A stretch of 64,000 nt of DNA from an uncultured Collinsella sp. (GTDB lineage: Bacteria; Actinomycetota; Coriobacteriia; Coriobacteriales; Coriobacteriaceae): positions 13,630 to 77,629 of the forward strand of contig CAAENY010000146.1 in the NCBI GenBank assembly GCA_900757465.1, read 5' to 3'. A model generated the notes under the pieces. That model had not been told where the DNA came from. It searched no databases and was given only the letters and a program-made list of their open reading frames with translations. The position numbers and the translations under genes are program-made. This document shows, piece by piece, positions 39,391 to 49,500 of the stretch (its first letter is position 1; every line of letters begins with the position of its first letter).

Positions 39391-41418
39391 CTACGGTCGC
39401 TCGTTGGGAGCCAGGCGCTGCATCTTATTCACGGCCTTGAACTTGGTGAACAGCGGCACGTACTCAAAGCTCACGTTGGAGTTCTCCAGGCCGTACCAAC
39501 GTGCAGGCGTGCCGGCAGCACGGCGGATGATGTACTTGAGCGTGATGGCCGTACGCTCGCTCGGTTCCACGTCGCTCTCGGGCGCCAGAAGCTTACGGAT
39601 CAGGACGAACTTGAACGTGCCGATGTTACCCGGATCCTTGTAGACCGAGTAGTCATGCGTCTGCGGCGGCAGCTCGCCGGTGGCAGCCAGGTCCTGAACA
39701 ACCTGACGCAGGTAGGCATTGACGCGCTGGTTGATCTTGTAGCCCAGGTACAGATGCACGCGGAACACGTAGTCGGTGCCAAACGTCTCGACAGAATAGG
39801 CAAAGGTGTGCGGTTCGTCCATGGTCTCGACATTCACAAACCACCAGGCGTGGGCACGCTTGGGATGCTTGTCCAAGATCGAATAGACGATATCGCGGTC
39901 GATGTAGTCGGTATGGGTGTCCTTGGTCAGGTACACGACGTTGTCGCTCATGCGCTCGTAACGGTCGTCGTCGCGCAGGCGCTTGAGCTGCGGCAGGTAG
40001 CTACGCAGCGGCAGCAGCGTAAACTGGCGCTGCTCGACCGCCGTGCCGTTGTACCAGCACACCATAATGCCCATGATGAGTGCAGCCATGAGGATGGTGA
40101 AGTAGCCGCCGTGGAAGAACTTGGTAAGCGAGCTCACGAAGAAGAAGCCTTCGAGCAAAAGGAAGAAGGCCGCGAAGATCCACGGCGCGACCTTGAGATT
40201 GCGCTCCACGTGCAGATAGAAGAAGAGCAGCATTGTCGTGCACATCATGGTCAGGGTAATGGCAAGGCCGTAGGCGGCTTCCATATGCGCCGAGTTCTGG
40301 AACAGCAGCACCACGATGACGCAGCCGACAAGCATGACGTTGTTGACCATGGGGATGTAGAGCTGGCCCTTGGTCTCGGCAGGGTAGAAGACCTGCATGT
40401 GCGGCATAAGGTCCAGGCGGCTGGCCTCGGACACCAGCGAGAATGCGCCGGTGATGAGCGCCTGCGAGGCAATGATAGCCGCGACAGTGGAAAGGCCGAC
40501 GGCAAACGGGCGCAGGCCCGGGGCGAGCATCTGGTAGAACGGATTGAGGTCGGCAATGCCCATGAGCTCGGGGTTGGCAGCGTTGTTCATAAGCCAAGCA
40601 CCCTGGCCCATATAGGAAAGCAGCAGGCAGCACTTAACGAACGGCCAGGTGGCGTAGATGTTGCCGCGGCCGACGTGGCCCATGTCGGAGTAGAGCGCCT
40701 CGGCACCGGTAGTGGCGAGGAAGCAGCTGCCCAGAATCATGATGCCCGCGTGGTTGTTGGGGCTTAGCAAAAAGGCGATGCCGCGCACCGGGTTGAGGCA
40801 CAGCAGCACGGCGGGGTGCTGGAAGACAAAGAACAGACCCGTGCCGCCCAGGAACAGAAACCACAGCGTCATGATGGGGCCAAAAGCGTGACCGATCTTG
40901 GCCGTACCGATGCGCTGTACCAAGAAGAGCGCGATGATGATGGCGAGCGTAATGGCGACGACGCGGCCCTGGTCATCGCCCAGCACGGCATGGACCGCCG
41001 GGATGGTGCGCAGGCCCTCGATGGCCGTGGTAACGGTAACGGCCGGCGTCAGGATGCCGTCGGCGAGCAGCGCGGCGCCACCCAGCATGGCGGGGATGAT
41101 AAGCCACTTGCCGCAGCGCTTGACCAGGCTGTACAGGGCAAAGATGCCGCCCTCACCATGGTTATCGGCGCGCAGCGAGATGAGCACATACTTGATGGTG
41201 GTCAGCAGCGTGACCGTCCACACGACAAGGGAGAGCGCGCCAAGCACGAACTCCTCCGTCACACTTCCGATGCCGCCGTTGCCGGCAACGAGCGCCTTGG
41301 TTACATACATAGGGCTGGTGCCGATATCGCCGTACACCACGCCCAGCGTGACGAGCATCGCCGAGATGCTCACAGGAATCGCAGCGTGCGAGGCTGCCTC
41401 CTTGGCCTTTTGTTCCAT
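39391..41418 (-). CDS. kup: KUP/HAK/KT potassium transporter
   Basis: GVVYGDIGTSPMY, GEGGIFALYSL, TGAEALYSDMGH. Confidence 0.96.
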   Translation of the reverse strand: MEQKAKEAASHAAIPVSISAMLVTLGVVYGDIGTSPMYVTKALVAGNGGIGSVTEEFVLGALSLVVWTVTLLTTIKYVLISLRADNHGEGGIFALYSLVKRCGKWLIIPAMLGGAALLADGILTPAVTVTTAIEGLRTIPAVHAVLGDDQGRVVAITLAIIIALFLVQRIGTAKIGHAFGPIMTLWFLFLGGTGLFFVFQHPAVLLCLNPVRGIAFLLSPNNHAGIMILGSCFLATTGAEALYSDMGHVGRGNIYATWPFVKCCLLLSYMGQGAWLMNNAANPELMGIADLNPFYQMLAPGLRPFAVGLSTVAAIIASQALITGAFSLVSEASRLDLMPHMQVFYPAETKGQLYIPMVNNVMLVGCVIVVLLFQNSAHMEAAYGLAITLTMMCTTMLLFFYLHVERNLKVAPWIFAAFFLLLEGFFFVSSLTKFFHGGYFTILMAALIMGIMVCWYNGTAVEQRQFTLLPLRSYLPQLKRLRDDDRYERMSDNVVYLTKDTHTDYIDRDIVYSILDKHPKRAHAWWFVNVETMDEPHTFAYSVETFGTDYVFRVHLYLGYKINQRVNAYLRQVVQDLAATGELPPQTHDYSVYKDPGNIGTFKFVLIRKLLAPESDVEPSERTAITLKYIIRRAAGTPARWYGLENSNVSFEYVPLFTKFKAVNKMQRLAPNERP

Positions 41419-41540
41419 AAGCCGGTTTCCTCCCAACTTTAATGTTCGAAGGGATTATAGGTAATCGGCCCATGTTTTAATGCACTGTTTTCCCAGCTAG
41501 ATAAAGATTTATACAGTCTTTAGACTACCGCGGCGATATG

Positions 41541-41575
41541 GAATGTGACAAAGGGACTGTCCCCTTGTCACATTC
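41541..41575. repeat. REP-like palindrome copy 4
   Basis: GAATGTGACAAAGGGACTGTCCCCTTGTCACATTC. Confidence 0.9.
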
Positions 41576-41576
41576 G

Positions 41577-42425
41577 TCATTTTCCGAGCCAGTTTTTGAA
41601 CCACCACTCCATGGAGCGGCTCATCTCGGCCATAAAGGGGCTCGTGTGCTTGCGAGTGTAGATGTCCACGACGCGCTCCCCCACCTCGCAGGCATGCGGA
41701 CGGAACATCGCGTCCATCTCGGCCACCTGCGCGTCCATAGTCGCAGCACCGGCGCGGCAGTAGCGCTCCTCGTGCACCAGGTTCACCACGGGGTGCGCGA
41801 TTGCCGGGCGCTCCTTACGGGGCGTGCCGATGATGAGCATCGACAGCGGCATGGTATAGGGCGGCAGATCGAGCAGCGCGGCAACTTCCTCAGCGTTCTC
41901 GACGATGTCGCCGATATAGCAGCTCCCCAGGCCCAGGGCCTCGGCGGCAACCACGGCGTTTTGCGCGGCGATCACGGCATCCTGAGCCGCGATGGCAAAG
42001 TCGCCCAGACCCGGCGCGCGGCGGGGCGCCTTGCCCGTACGCTCGACAAACTCGGGCTCAAAGCAGCCCACGTGCTTAAACAGATCGATCCACTTGGCAT
42101 AGTCGACCACAAATATAAGTGCCCAGGGCGCCTTGGCGATCATGGGCTGGTGGTCGCACAGGTCAGCCAGACGGTCCAGCGTAGCCTGCTCGCGAATGCT
42201 CACGATGGAATACATCATCATGGCGCCCGCCGACGGCGCGCGACTCGCCGCATGCAAAATCGCCGCACGCTGCTCGTCGGTCACCGCTACGGGACGGTCG
42301 TTGTCATCGCGCGCAAAAGCGCGCGTGGAGGAACGGTGCTCCAACGTGTCCAGCACCGCATTGCCCGTGGTCTCGACCGGATAGCCGCACGTATCCGCAG
42401 CCTTGGTGCAAACCTGCTCACTCAT
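41577..42425 (-). CDS. Nitroreductase family protein (NfsA-like)
   Basis: HRSSTRAF, RAPSAG, AAEALGLGSCYIG. Confidence 0.9.
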   Translation of the reverse strand: MSEQVCTKAADTCGYPVETTGNAVLDTLEHRSSTRAFARDDNDRPVAVTDEQRAAILHAASRAPSAGAMMMYSIVSIREQATLDRLADLCDHQPMIAKAPWALIFVVDYAKWIDLFKHVGCFEPEFVERTGKAPRRAPGLGDFAIAAQDAVIAAQNAVVAAEALGLGSCYIGDIVENAEEVAALLDLPPYTMPLSMLIIGTPRKERPAIAHPVVNLVHEERYCRAGAATMDAQVAEMDAMFRPHACEVGERVVDIYTRKHTSPFMAEMSRSMEWWFKNWLGK

Positions 42426-42623
42426 CGCCTCATCCTCGCTAATTCTTTAAGAAGCCTTTACGTTTCCGTGTAATTCCCGTCCATTATCGCGCACGTCGCC
42501 ACTACATTGCGCCACACTGTCACACCCGCGCGTTATTATGGCTGGTTGTTGTGCGCAGCCCTCAAATGCAGCGCATATTTAGGTAACAATCGGGTAAACC
42601 CCCGCTTTCGTAGGTTTTAGTTT

Positions 42624-44939
42624 GTGAGGAGTCTCAGCATGTTCGCTGCCGCCATCTCGCTCGTCGGTCTTGCGGCGACCGTCTACCTTGTCTTGCGCGA
42701 GGCCAAGGCCATTCGCGCACAGTCGGGCACCGTCACCAAGGGCGCCTTCGCCTGGAGCGTCGCCTTCGGCCTGTTCCAGCTCTTTTTGACTATTTGGGGC
42801 GCCATTGGCCTCGTCGCCCAAAACGAGCCGCTCGCCTTTGTGATGCTCATCCTGACCAACGCCATCCTCACCGGATGCGCCTGGGCCAGCATCGCCCGCG
42901 ATCGCATCGCCCCGCGCGTCTTTGCGTTCGCCAAGCCCGACGCCCCCGCCCCCACCGGCAAGCTCGCCCGCCTGCGCGGCGCCTTTGTGGGCAAACCACT
43001 CGTCGCCGCCGTCCTGTGCCTGCTGCTCGCCGGCGTCTTTGCGCTGCTGGGCATGGAGGTCTCGTCCAACCACGACTTTACCTGGGTCTACCCCCTGTGC
43101 ATCCTGCTCGAGTGGGCCATCATCACCGTGCTCATGATCGGCTTGTTCTTCCTGTTCCAGCGCCACGGCGCAGCTCCCGCGGTCCTGGCCTTTGCCCTCT
43201 TTGTCCTGGGCATTGCCGAGTTCTTCGTCATCACGTTTAAATCCATGCCCATCCAGCCGGGCGACCTTTCGGCCATCTCCACCGCCGCCGCGGTCGCCGG
43301 CACCGGCTACACCTTCTCCATCTCGCTGTTCTGTGTGCTGTCCATGGGCTTTACCGCCATCGCCATGCTGCTGTGCGAGTACGCCGGCCTGGTGGCACCG
43401 CACCGTCAGAAGGGTGCCGCCAACGCCAAGCGCATGCTGCTCACCAACCTGCTCGTGGCAGTGCTGTGCCTGGGCGGCGTGACCGCGCATGTCACGCTCA
43501 TCGACTACTACAACACCCTCGGCATCACCGTCTACACCTGGCGCCCGCTCGAGAGCTACTGGCGCGAGGGCTACCTGCCCGCCTTTATTAGTGCAGCACA
43601 GTCCATCAAGCCGCCCAAACCCGCCGACTACTCCGTCGACGATGCCAAGGCCACGCTCAAAAAGTACGCCAAGGCCTACGACAAGTCCGACGCGGCCAAG
43701 AGCGACGAGCGCGCCGCCGCAAAGGAGCAGTTCGACAGCGAGAAGCCCACGGTCATCGCCATCATGAACGAGACCTTCTCAGACCTTTCGATCTACCAGA
43801 ACATGCGCGCCGGCTACGAGGGCCCGCAGTACTTTAAGAACCTGTCCAACTGCCTCAGCCGCGGCAAGCTCTATGTGAGCGCCTACGGCGGCGGTACCGC
43901 CAATACCGAGTTTGAGTTTATGACCGGCAACTCCATGGCCAACCTGGGCTCGGGCGTGTACCCCTACACCATCTACAACATGGAGACGACCGGGAACCTG
44001 GCAGAACAGTTCAAATCGCTCGGCTATTCCACCACGGCCATGCACCCCAACCACGCGACCAACTGGAACCGCGAGAACGTCTACAAGGACTTTGGCTTTG
44101 ACCAGTTCCTGTCTATCAATGACTTCCAGGGAGCCGACACCCTGCGCGGCATGGTGACCGACCAGGCTACCTACGACAAGATTCTTGAGCTGCTCGACCA
44201 GAACGCCGATCCGCAGTTTATCTTCGACGTGACCATGCAGAACCACTCGGGCTACGATACGGGCCTGCTGCCGGTCGACAAGCAGATGCACCTGAATATC
44301 GACACGACCGATTTGGACGCCAAGACCGTCGAGGACGGCACGCTCTCCGATGTCGACGAGTATGTCTCGTGCATCGAGCAGTCCGACCAGGCGCTGCGCT
44401 ACTTCCTCAACGCCCTGAGCAAGCTCGACCGTAAGGTAGTCGTGGTGTTCTGGGGCGACCACCAGCCGTTCTTCCCGTCCAAGTTCAACGACAAGTGGTT
44501 TACCGGCGAGGACGATGCCACACACCAGGAACGTCTGTGGCAGACCGACTACATCATCTGGGCCAACTACGACGTTGCCGGCTGCGACCAGACGAGTGAG
44601 CTCGACGACCTGTCCACCAACTATCTGTCCACCCAGCTGATGCAGCTGATCGGCGCACCGCTGACCGACTACCAGAAGGCGCACATGACGCTGCGCGAGT
44701 CGCTGCCCGCTATCAACTCCGTGGGCTACGAGGACGCCAGCCTGCGCTGGGCGCTCTCCTCCAACGTCACCGGTGACGACGCCGCTGCCGCAGCCGCCAC
44801 CAAGGCGCGCGAGGATTACGCCAAGATGCAGTATTACGAGATGTTCCGCGACGGCAAGAACGTCTACACCGAGCACTTCCAGACCGAGGCCAACGAGACC
44901 GACCCCAACCTGGCGCCGGGCACGACCAAGATCAAATAG
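42624..44939 (+). CDS. LTA synthase family protein (TM + sulfatase-like domain)
   Basis: IMNETF, GGGTANTEFE, TMQNH, WGDHQP; start approximate. Confidence 0.9.
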   Translation: MRSLSMFAAAISLVGLAATVYLVLREAKAIRAQSGTVTKGAFAWSVAFGLFQLFLTIWGAIGLVAQNEPLAFVMLILTNAILTGCAWASIARDRIAPRVFAFAKPDAPAPTGKLARLRGAFVGKPLVAAVLCLLLAGVFALLGMEVSSNHDFTWVYPLCILLEWAIITVLMIGLFFLFQRHGAAPAVLAFALFVLGIAEFFVITFKSMPIQPGDLSAISTAAAVAGTGYTFSISLFCVLSMGFTAIAMLLCEYAGLVAPHRQKGAANAKRMLLTNLLVAVLCLGGVTAHVTLIDYYNTLGITVYTWRPLESYWREGYLPAFISAAQSIKPPKPADYSVDDAKATLKKYAKAYDKSDAAKSDERAAAKEQFDSEKPTVIAIMNETFSDLSIYQNMRAGYEGPQYFKNLSNCLSRGKLYVSAYGGGTANTEFEFMTGNSMANLGSGVYPYTIYNMETTGNLAEQFKSLGYSTTAMHPNHATNWNRENVYKDFGFDQFLSINDFQGADTLRGMVTDQATYDKILELLDQNADPQFIFDVTMQNHSGYDTGLLPVDKQMHLNIDTTDLDAKTVEDGTLSDVDEYVSCIEQSDQALRYFLNALSKLDRKVVVVFWGDHQPFFPSKFNDKWFTGEDDATHQERLWQTDYIIWANYDVAGCDQTSELDDLSTNYLSTQLMQLIGAPLTDYQKAHMTLRESLPAINSVGYEDASLRWALSSNVTGDDAAAAAATKAREDYAKMQYYEMFRDGKNVYTEHFQTEANETDPNLAPGTTKIK

Positions 44940-44966
44940 CGACTAGCTGCGAGTTCATAACTGAAA

Positions 44967-45222
44967 CGTCTGTCCGGGTGGAGGCATATAAGGTTCCCTG
45001 CTCGGACAGTCCTGCGCAAGACGGAGGCCACATTAAGTGGCCTCCTTTGCGTGCGGAACTCGCGATGAACCTTATATGCCTCCGCCCGGACAGACGCCTT
45101 GTTGTTGGAGCACGGCTTGTCATGGGGGCATCCGCTGAACATATATAAGACGAAGGCCACGTCATGTGGCCTTCGTCTTGCGCAGGACTGTAGAGCAGGG
45201 AACTTCGTGCCAGCCGCCCGGG
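44967..45222. repeat. 130-bp hairpin element plus inverted partial second copy
   Basis: 30-bp arms at 44967-44996 and 45067-45096; GTTCCCTGCTC..CAGTCCTGCGCAAGACG.AGGCCAC repeated in reverse at ~45166-45203. Confidence 0.75.
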
Positions 45223-45247
45223 AGGGCGTTGCGTTTAGAAGATGGAC

Positions 45248-45946
45248 CTAGTACTTATCCCTCCGGGACAAAAGAAGCGCGGCTATAAATGCGATGATTG
45301 CAAGCGTCAGCAACACCAAAAGCAACGTGAGCGTGTTGTCGCCTGTTGCCACCAGACCAAGCAAGCCGGGCTTCTTTCTGCCAGCAGACTGCACGGGGAT
45401 CTTCTCGCCATCGTCCTCGGCGGTGATTTCCCAGCGAATGGTCTTGTTTGCATCGGCAAGCTCGTTGCCCACCGACGTCGGAACGCTTAGCTGCAGATTA
45501 AGCACCGTGCTGCCATCGCTCGTAAACGTGGCGATTTCCGTGGGATAGGCGAACACGCTGCCCGGTGTTCCTGTCTGGAGCCAACCTGCAGAGGCATCGC
45601 CCACAGTCGCCGTTAAGGTAGTGGGAGACAGCATATGTGCCGTCTCGTGATCGACAACAGCCCGCACAAACACACGTACCTGGGACTTTACACCCGTGGC
45701 ACGAACCCCAATCTGTTGCTCGCGTACATCGCCGGGCATTAGATCTTTAAAGGCTGGAAACAGATCGGGCTCCCCCGAGGAGTCCGTCGCTCCCGATACC
45801 GTTAGCTGGCGTGCATTTCCGTCATAGGCAATCGTGGGAATGTCAGCAAACGCACGTGCAGGAACGGCGAGCGCGATAAGGCAGACGATTGCCGCCATCA
45901 CGCAATGCAAGAAACACGCAACGTCTTTACGAATCGGAGAGGCCAT
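45248..45946 (-). CDS. Secreted protein with TasA-like motif and sortase-type sorting signal (putative pilus anchor)
   Basis: Signal peptide ending ARAFA, DLMPGD, C-terminal LVATGD + hydrophobic helix + RRDK tail. Confidence 0.75.
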   Translation of the reverse strand: MASPIRKDVACFLHCVMAAIVCLIALAVPARAFADIPTIAYDGNARQLTVSGATDSSGEPDLFPAFKDLMPGDVREQQIGVRATGVKSQVRVFVRAVVDHETAHMLSPTTLTATVGDASAGWLQTGTPGSVFAYPTEIATFTSDGSTVLNLQLSVPTSVGNELADANKTIRWEITAEDDGEKIPVQSAGRKKPGLLGLVATGDNTLTLLLVLLTLAIIAFIAALLLSRRDKY

Positions 45947-45948
45947 AC

Positions 45949-46518
45949 TTACGCACCTCCATGCGGCGGCACCAGCACGCCATCCTTGACTGCACAGCCC
46001 CATGTCTCTGCAGCTGCATCGCCGGGCGCGGATTGAATTGCCTGGGTCGAAATGTCAACGACCAGGTTCTTCCCATCTGCCTTCCTCTCAGTCACGCTCT
46101 TGATGAGCACATCGGTTTTGCCCATCGGAGCAACGGGAGACGTCCAGTAGTAGTACCCGTCGGACGCGACAACCCAAGACGAGGCGGTGTTAGAAGCAGA
46201 TGCCTTGGACACACTGCCCCACGCAATGACGTAGTCGGTGCCGGCAACTGGTTCATCCCACAGGCGCGCGCCATTCTGGTCCTGCCAGTAGATATCCACC
46301 GCAACACGCAGGTATGCCGGGGCCGAGCCCTTGTTTGCAATCGTGACGTCGCTCTTCACGTTGTCATTGAGGTTCTCATCCACCGAAGGTGCCACCGAAC
46401 CAAAACCAAACTCGTTGACCAGCACGCCCGTAACCGAAAGCCACGCAAAGGTACCGGCAGCGCCAGCCAACAGGAGAACGCCAACAAGGAGGGCGACGAT
46501 TTGCTTGCGCTTAGTCAT
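45949..46518 (-). CDS. SipW-dependent TasA/CalY-like subunit
   Basis: Signal ...AGAAG-TFAWLS, NEFGFG, NKGSAPAYLRV, YYYW, TQAIQ. Confidence 0.85.
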   Translation of the reverse strand: MTKRKQIVALLVGVLLLAGAAGTFAWLSVTGVLVNEFGFGSVAPSVDENLNDNVKSDVTIANKGSAPAYLRVAVDIYWQDQNGARLWDEPVAGTDYVIAWGSVSKASASNTASSWVVASDGYYYWTSPVAPMGKTDVLIKSVTERKADGKNLVVDISTQAIQSAPGDAAAETWGCAVKDGVLVPPHGGA

Positions 46519-46519
46519 C

Positions 46520-49500
46520 CTAGTCCTCCTTCTTCAGCGTGCCGTTTTTCCAAACATTCCTGGCACGCGAGCCACCATCGACCCATTTGTCATTCGCGCG
46601 CGTGTTGACGCACGTCACCACCGCATCGCCCGCGCTCGAAGCAGACGAAATCGTCAGCTCGGCAGATTTACCGGGCGCCTTGCCCGGCGTGCTCAGCTCG
46701 CCCTCGTAGCGCCATGCCCAATTCGTGTCTTCCTCGACGGTATAGATGCCCGTCGGCGCGGCAAATTGCACGCTGCCGACATACCAGGTCTCGCCGTCTT
46801 CGTCGCGCCTCTCGCTAACTTTCACCTCGACCATGCGCGTCTCGGCAGGAGAATCCTCCGACGCCTTGCGTGCCACCTTAAAGCGGAACGTTTGTCCCAT
46901 GGCGCTGGCATCGGTGGTCTTTTTGACGATCGTCAGCGCATGGGTCTTGGCGAAGTCGAACACGGCATTGCCGTCGCCTTGCTTGCCTTCGCCCGTCTTC
47001 TTGGACTCCAGGCGGTTGGCCAAGTCGAACGAACCGTTACCCGAGCCCAAGCTGTAGAGCGAGACATACTGGTCGTTAACGGGTTCCTCCGTCATGGACG
47101 CATCAGGACCGTAGCTCGCCCGCTTAACGGTAACAGTCAGCTGCGTCCCCATAAACGGCTCAGCAAAGCAGACCTTAAAGGGTGCTTTGTCGGCGCTATT
47201 GTCGACTGTGTTGGCGGCGTTGGGATCGAGCAGCCATTTAAGCTGCGCGGTGGTCATGGTTACGTGGTTCTCGGGGTCTGATGTATCCTTGGCGACCACG
47301 CGATACGTCACGGGATACAGGTCCATGTCGCCCTTAACCGACTCGTCCTTAAACTCATCCCAAGACTTCGCAGCGCCACCGTCAGGCACATATCGCCACT
47401 CCAGGAAGAGTTCGCGCACGTCACCGCTGGCCGCCCGTTCATCGAGCAGCGCGACGATCTTGGAGTGGGCGTCCGGGTCGTATGCCACGGACTTTTTCTC
47501 CATCTCGGGATTGCCGTCGTTGTCATAGACCGGGTTGCCGCTCTCATCCACCTTGGGAACATCGACGTTATGGACAAAGCCGGCGCCCGTCGCGCGCTCG
47601 CCGTCCGAGTCGACCGTCGCCGTAAAGACGACCGACCCGTCGACACCGTGATAGCGAACCTTATACGGCGCGATCTTGTACACCGCGGTGTAGGTCACGC
47701 TCTCAAAGGGCTCGCTGCCCTCGAGGGGATACTTCTCGTCATCGGTCAACAGGGTGTATTTGCCATCGGAATCATAGTCGCGCGACCAGCCGGCAAAGTC
47801 GTACTTGGTGCCGTCAATGCCCACAACCTCCTTGACAGCCTTGACCTCAAGAGAAATCTGGTCGCCGGAATCAGTACGGCCGAGACCGCGGACAAGAGCA
47901 GGATTCGCGAGATTTGAGTCGATGTTCGATTGAACGGTAACCAGGCTGGGACGGTAGACCGGGTACAGCTCCATGGGGGCCCTGACCACGGTAGAAGCAC
48001 TCACCATGCGGATACCCTCCGACCAAGCGACATAGCCCTTGCCAGGTGCCGGCTTGGCTTCCGTCCAGCCCACGAAGGCGTTGAACGCACCTCCTGTATC
48101 CCTATCGATAGCGCTGACGTCATAAGTGGGCTTCGGGATGCTGCCATCAAGGTTGCCGAGCATATCGCCTTGCTGAGCAACTTTGCCGTCAACATCTTTG
48201 GCATTGAGATGGTACACGACCGCCAACGGCGAATAGTACGCCACAAATGTATAGGCCCCGCCGGGTTCCACCTGATGGGAATACGAGTTATCGCCGTTAG
48301 GTTCGATCTCTTCAGCTTCGCCATTCGGAAGCTCGATCTCAACCTTCTGCAACTTATACAGCTCACCGCCTGCTTTATAAACCGGAGTCGTGACGTCAGG
48401 GGTCACCGTTGCCGTAGCAGGGTCGGTGCCCGCGTTGATAACGGGATCGATGTCGTACCTAGGCACATTGACCTTGTCCGTGCCCTTAAAACCGGCGCGA
48501 TACAGGTTGGTGGTGTACCTAACATCGTACTTCGCGTACACCGGATAGGCATCCTGCCACTGGGTGACCTTAAAATCTGGTTTCACCAGATACGGTTCGG
48601 CCTTATCCGGGTCAGAAGTGGTGAAGGAATCGCCCTCGACATCGTAGATATACTTCCAGACGTCAGAATCCTTCTGAACCTCGGCGGTCGAAATCCAGCC
48701 CAGGAACTTATAGCCCGGCACGGCCATGTCGGCATCGGTCGGGGAAGCTTCGAGGGTCAGGGGGCTCTCATACGATCCCTTCTCACCATCTTCTGGCTTT
48801 TCGGCCACTTTAACCGACTTATTAACATGCGGGTAGTAATACGTGAACGTCGGATCCGCCCCGTTCACCTTGGTCTGCAGCAAGTTACTCTCATAGCGCC
48901 GCGTGGCAGTCCTCACGACATTATCGCCCTTGTTGTAGAAATTAACGTCCGTGGTAATCATCGCGCGAACGTAGTACTTCTTATCTGTACGCACCATGCT
49001 CTCGATGGGATTTTTCACATATGTCCAATATTCACCATCGCGCTCAAGCGTCCAGAAATTCAGGCGATAGCGATCATTCACCGGTTTGACCGTTACGTTC
49101 AGCGAAGCCGAAGTCCAAGTATCGCTTAGCGTTGCAGCGCCTGGAAAATCGGTATCGGCATAGAGGTTTTTTAGAGTATCGGCTCCCGTATCGTTTTTAA
49201 CGTTGTGCGAGTACGCGTTAAGGGGACTCACGACAAGGGTTTCCTTCGTGAAGCGCGTGCCACACGTTTCATAACTATCCTTTATACCGTGGTCAACATG
49301 CTCCGGGCCCCAGTGGACGACGTTTTCACGCACGAAGGTACTACCGACGTTTTCCTCAAAGGGCGTTTGATAGCGATTCCAAACGGAACAAAGTAGCTTG
49401 CTGTCCGTAAACTCATGGTTGGTATAAGCCCGAACGTAATAATCCACTCGGTACTCAAAGCGGGCGATGTAGGTATGCGGCGCGGTTAAATCGACATCGG

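Noticed and set aside
41419..41540. c-di-AMP (ydaO) riboswitch upstream of kup
   Set aside because: Region is short and AT-rich and lacks recognisable ydaO conserved segments
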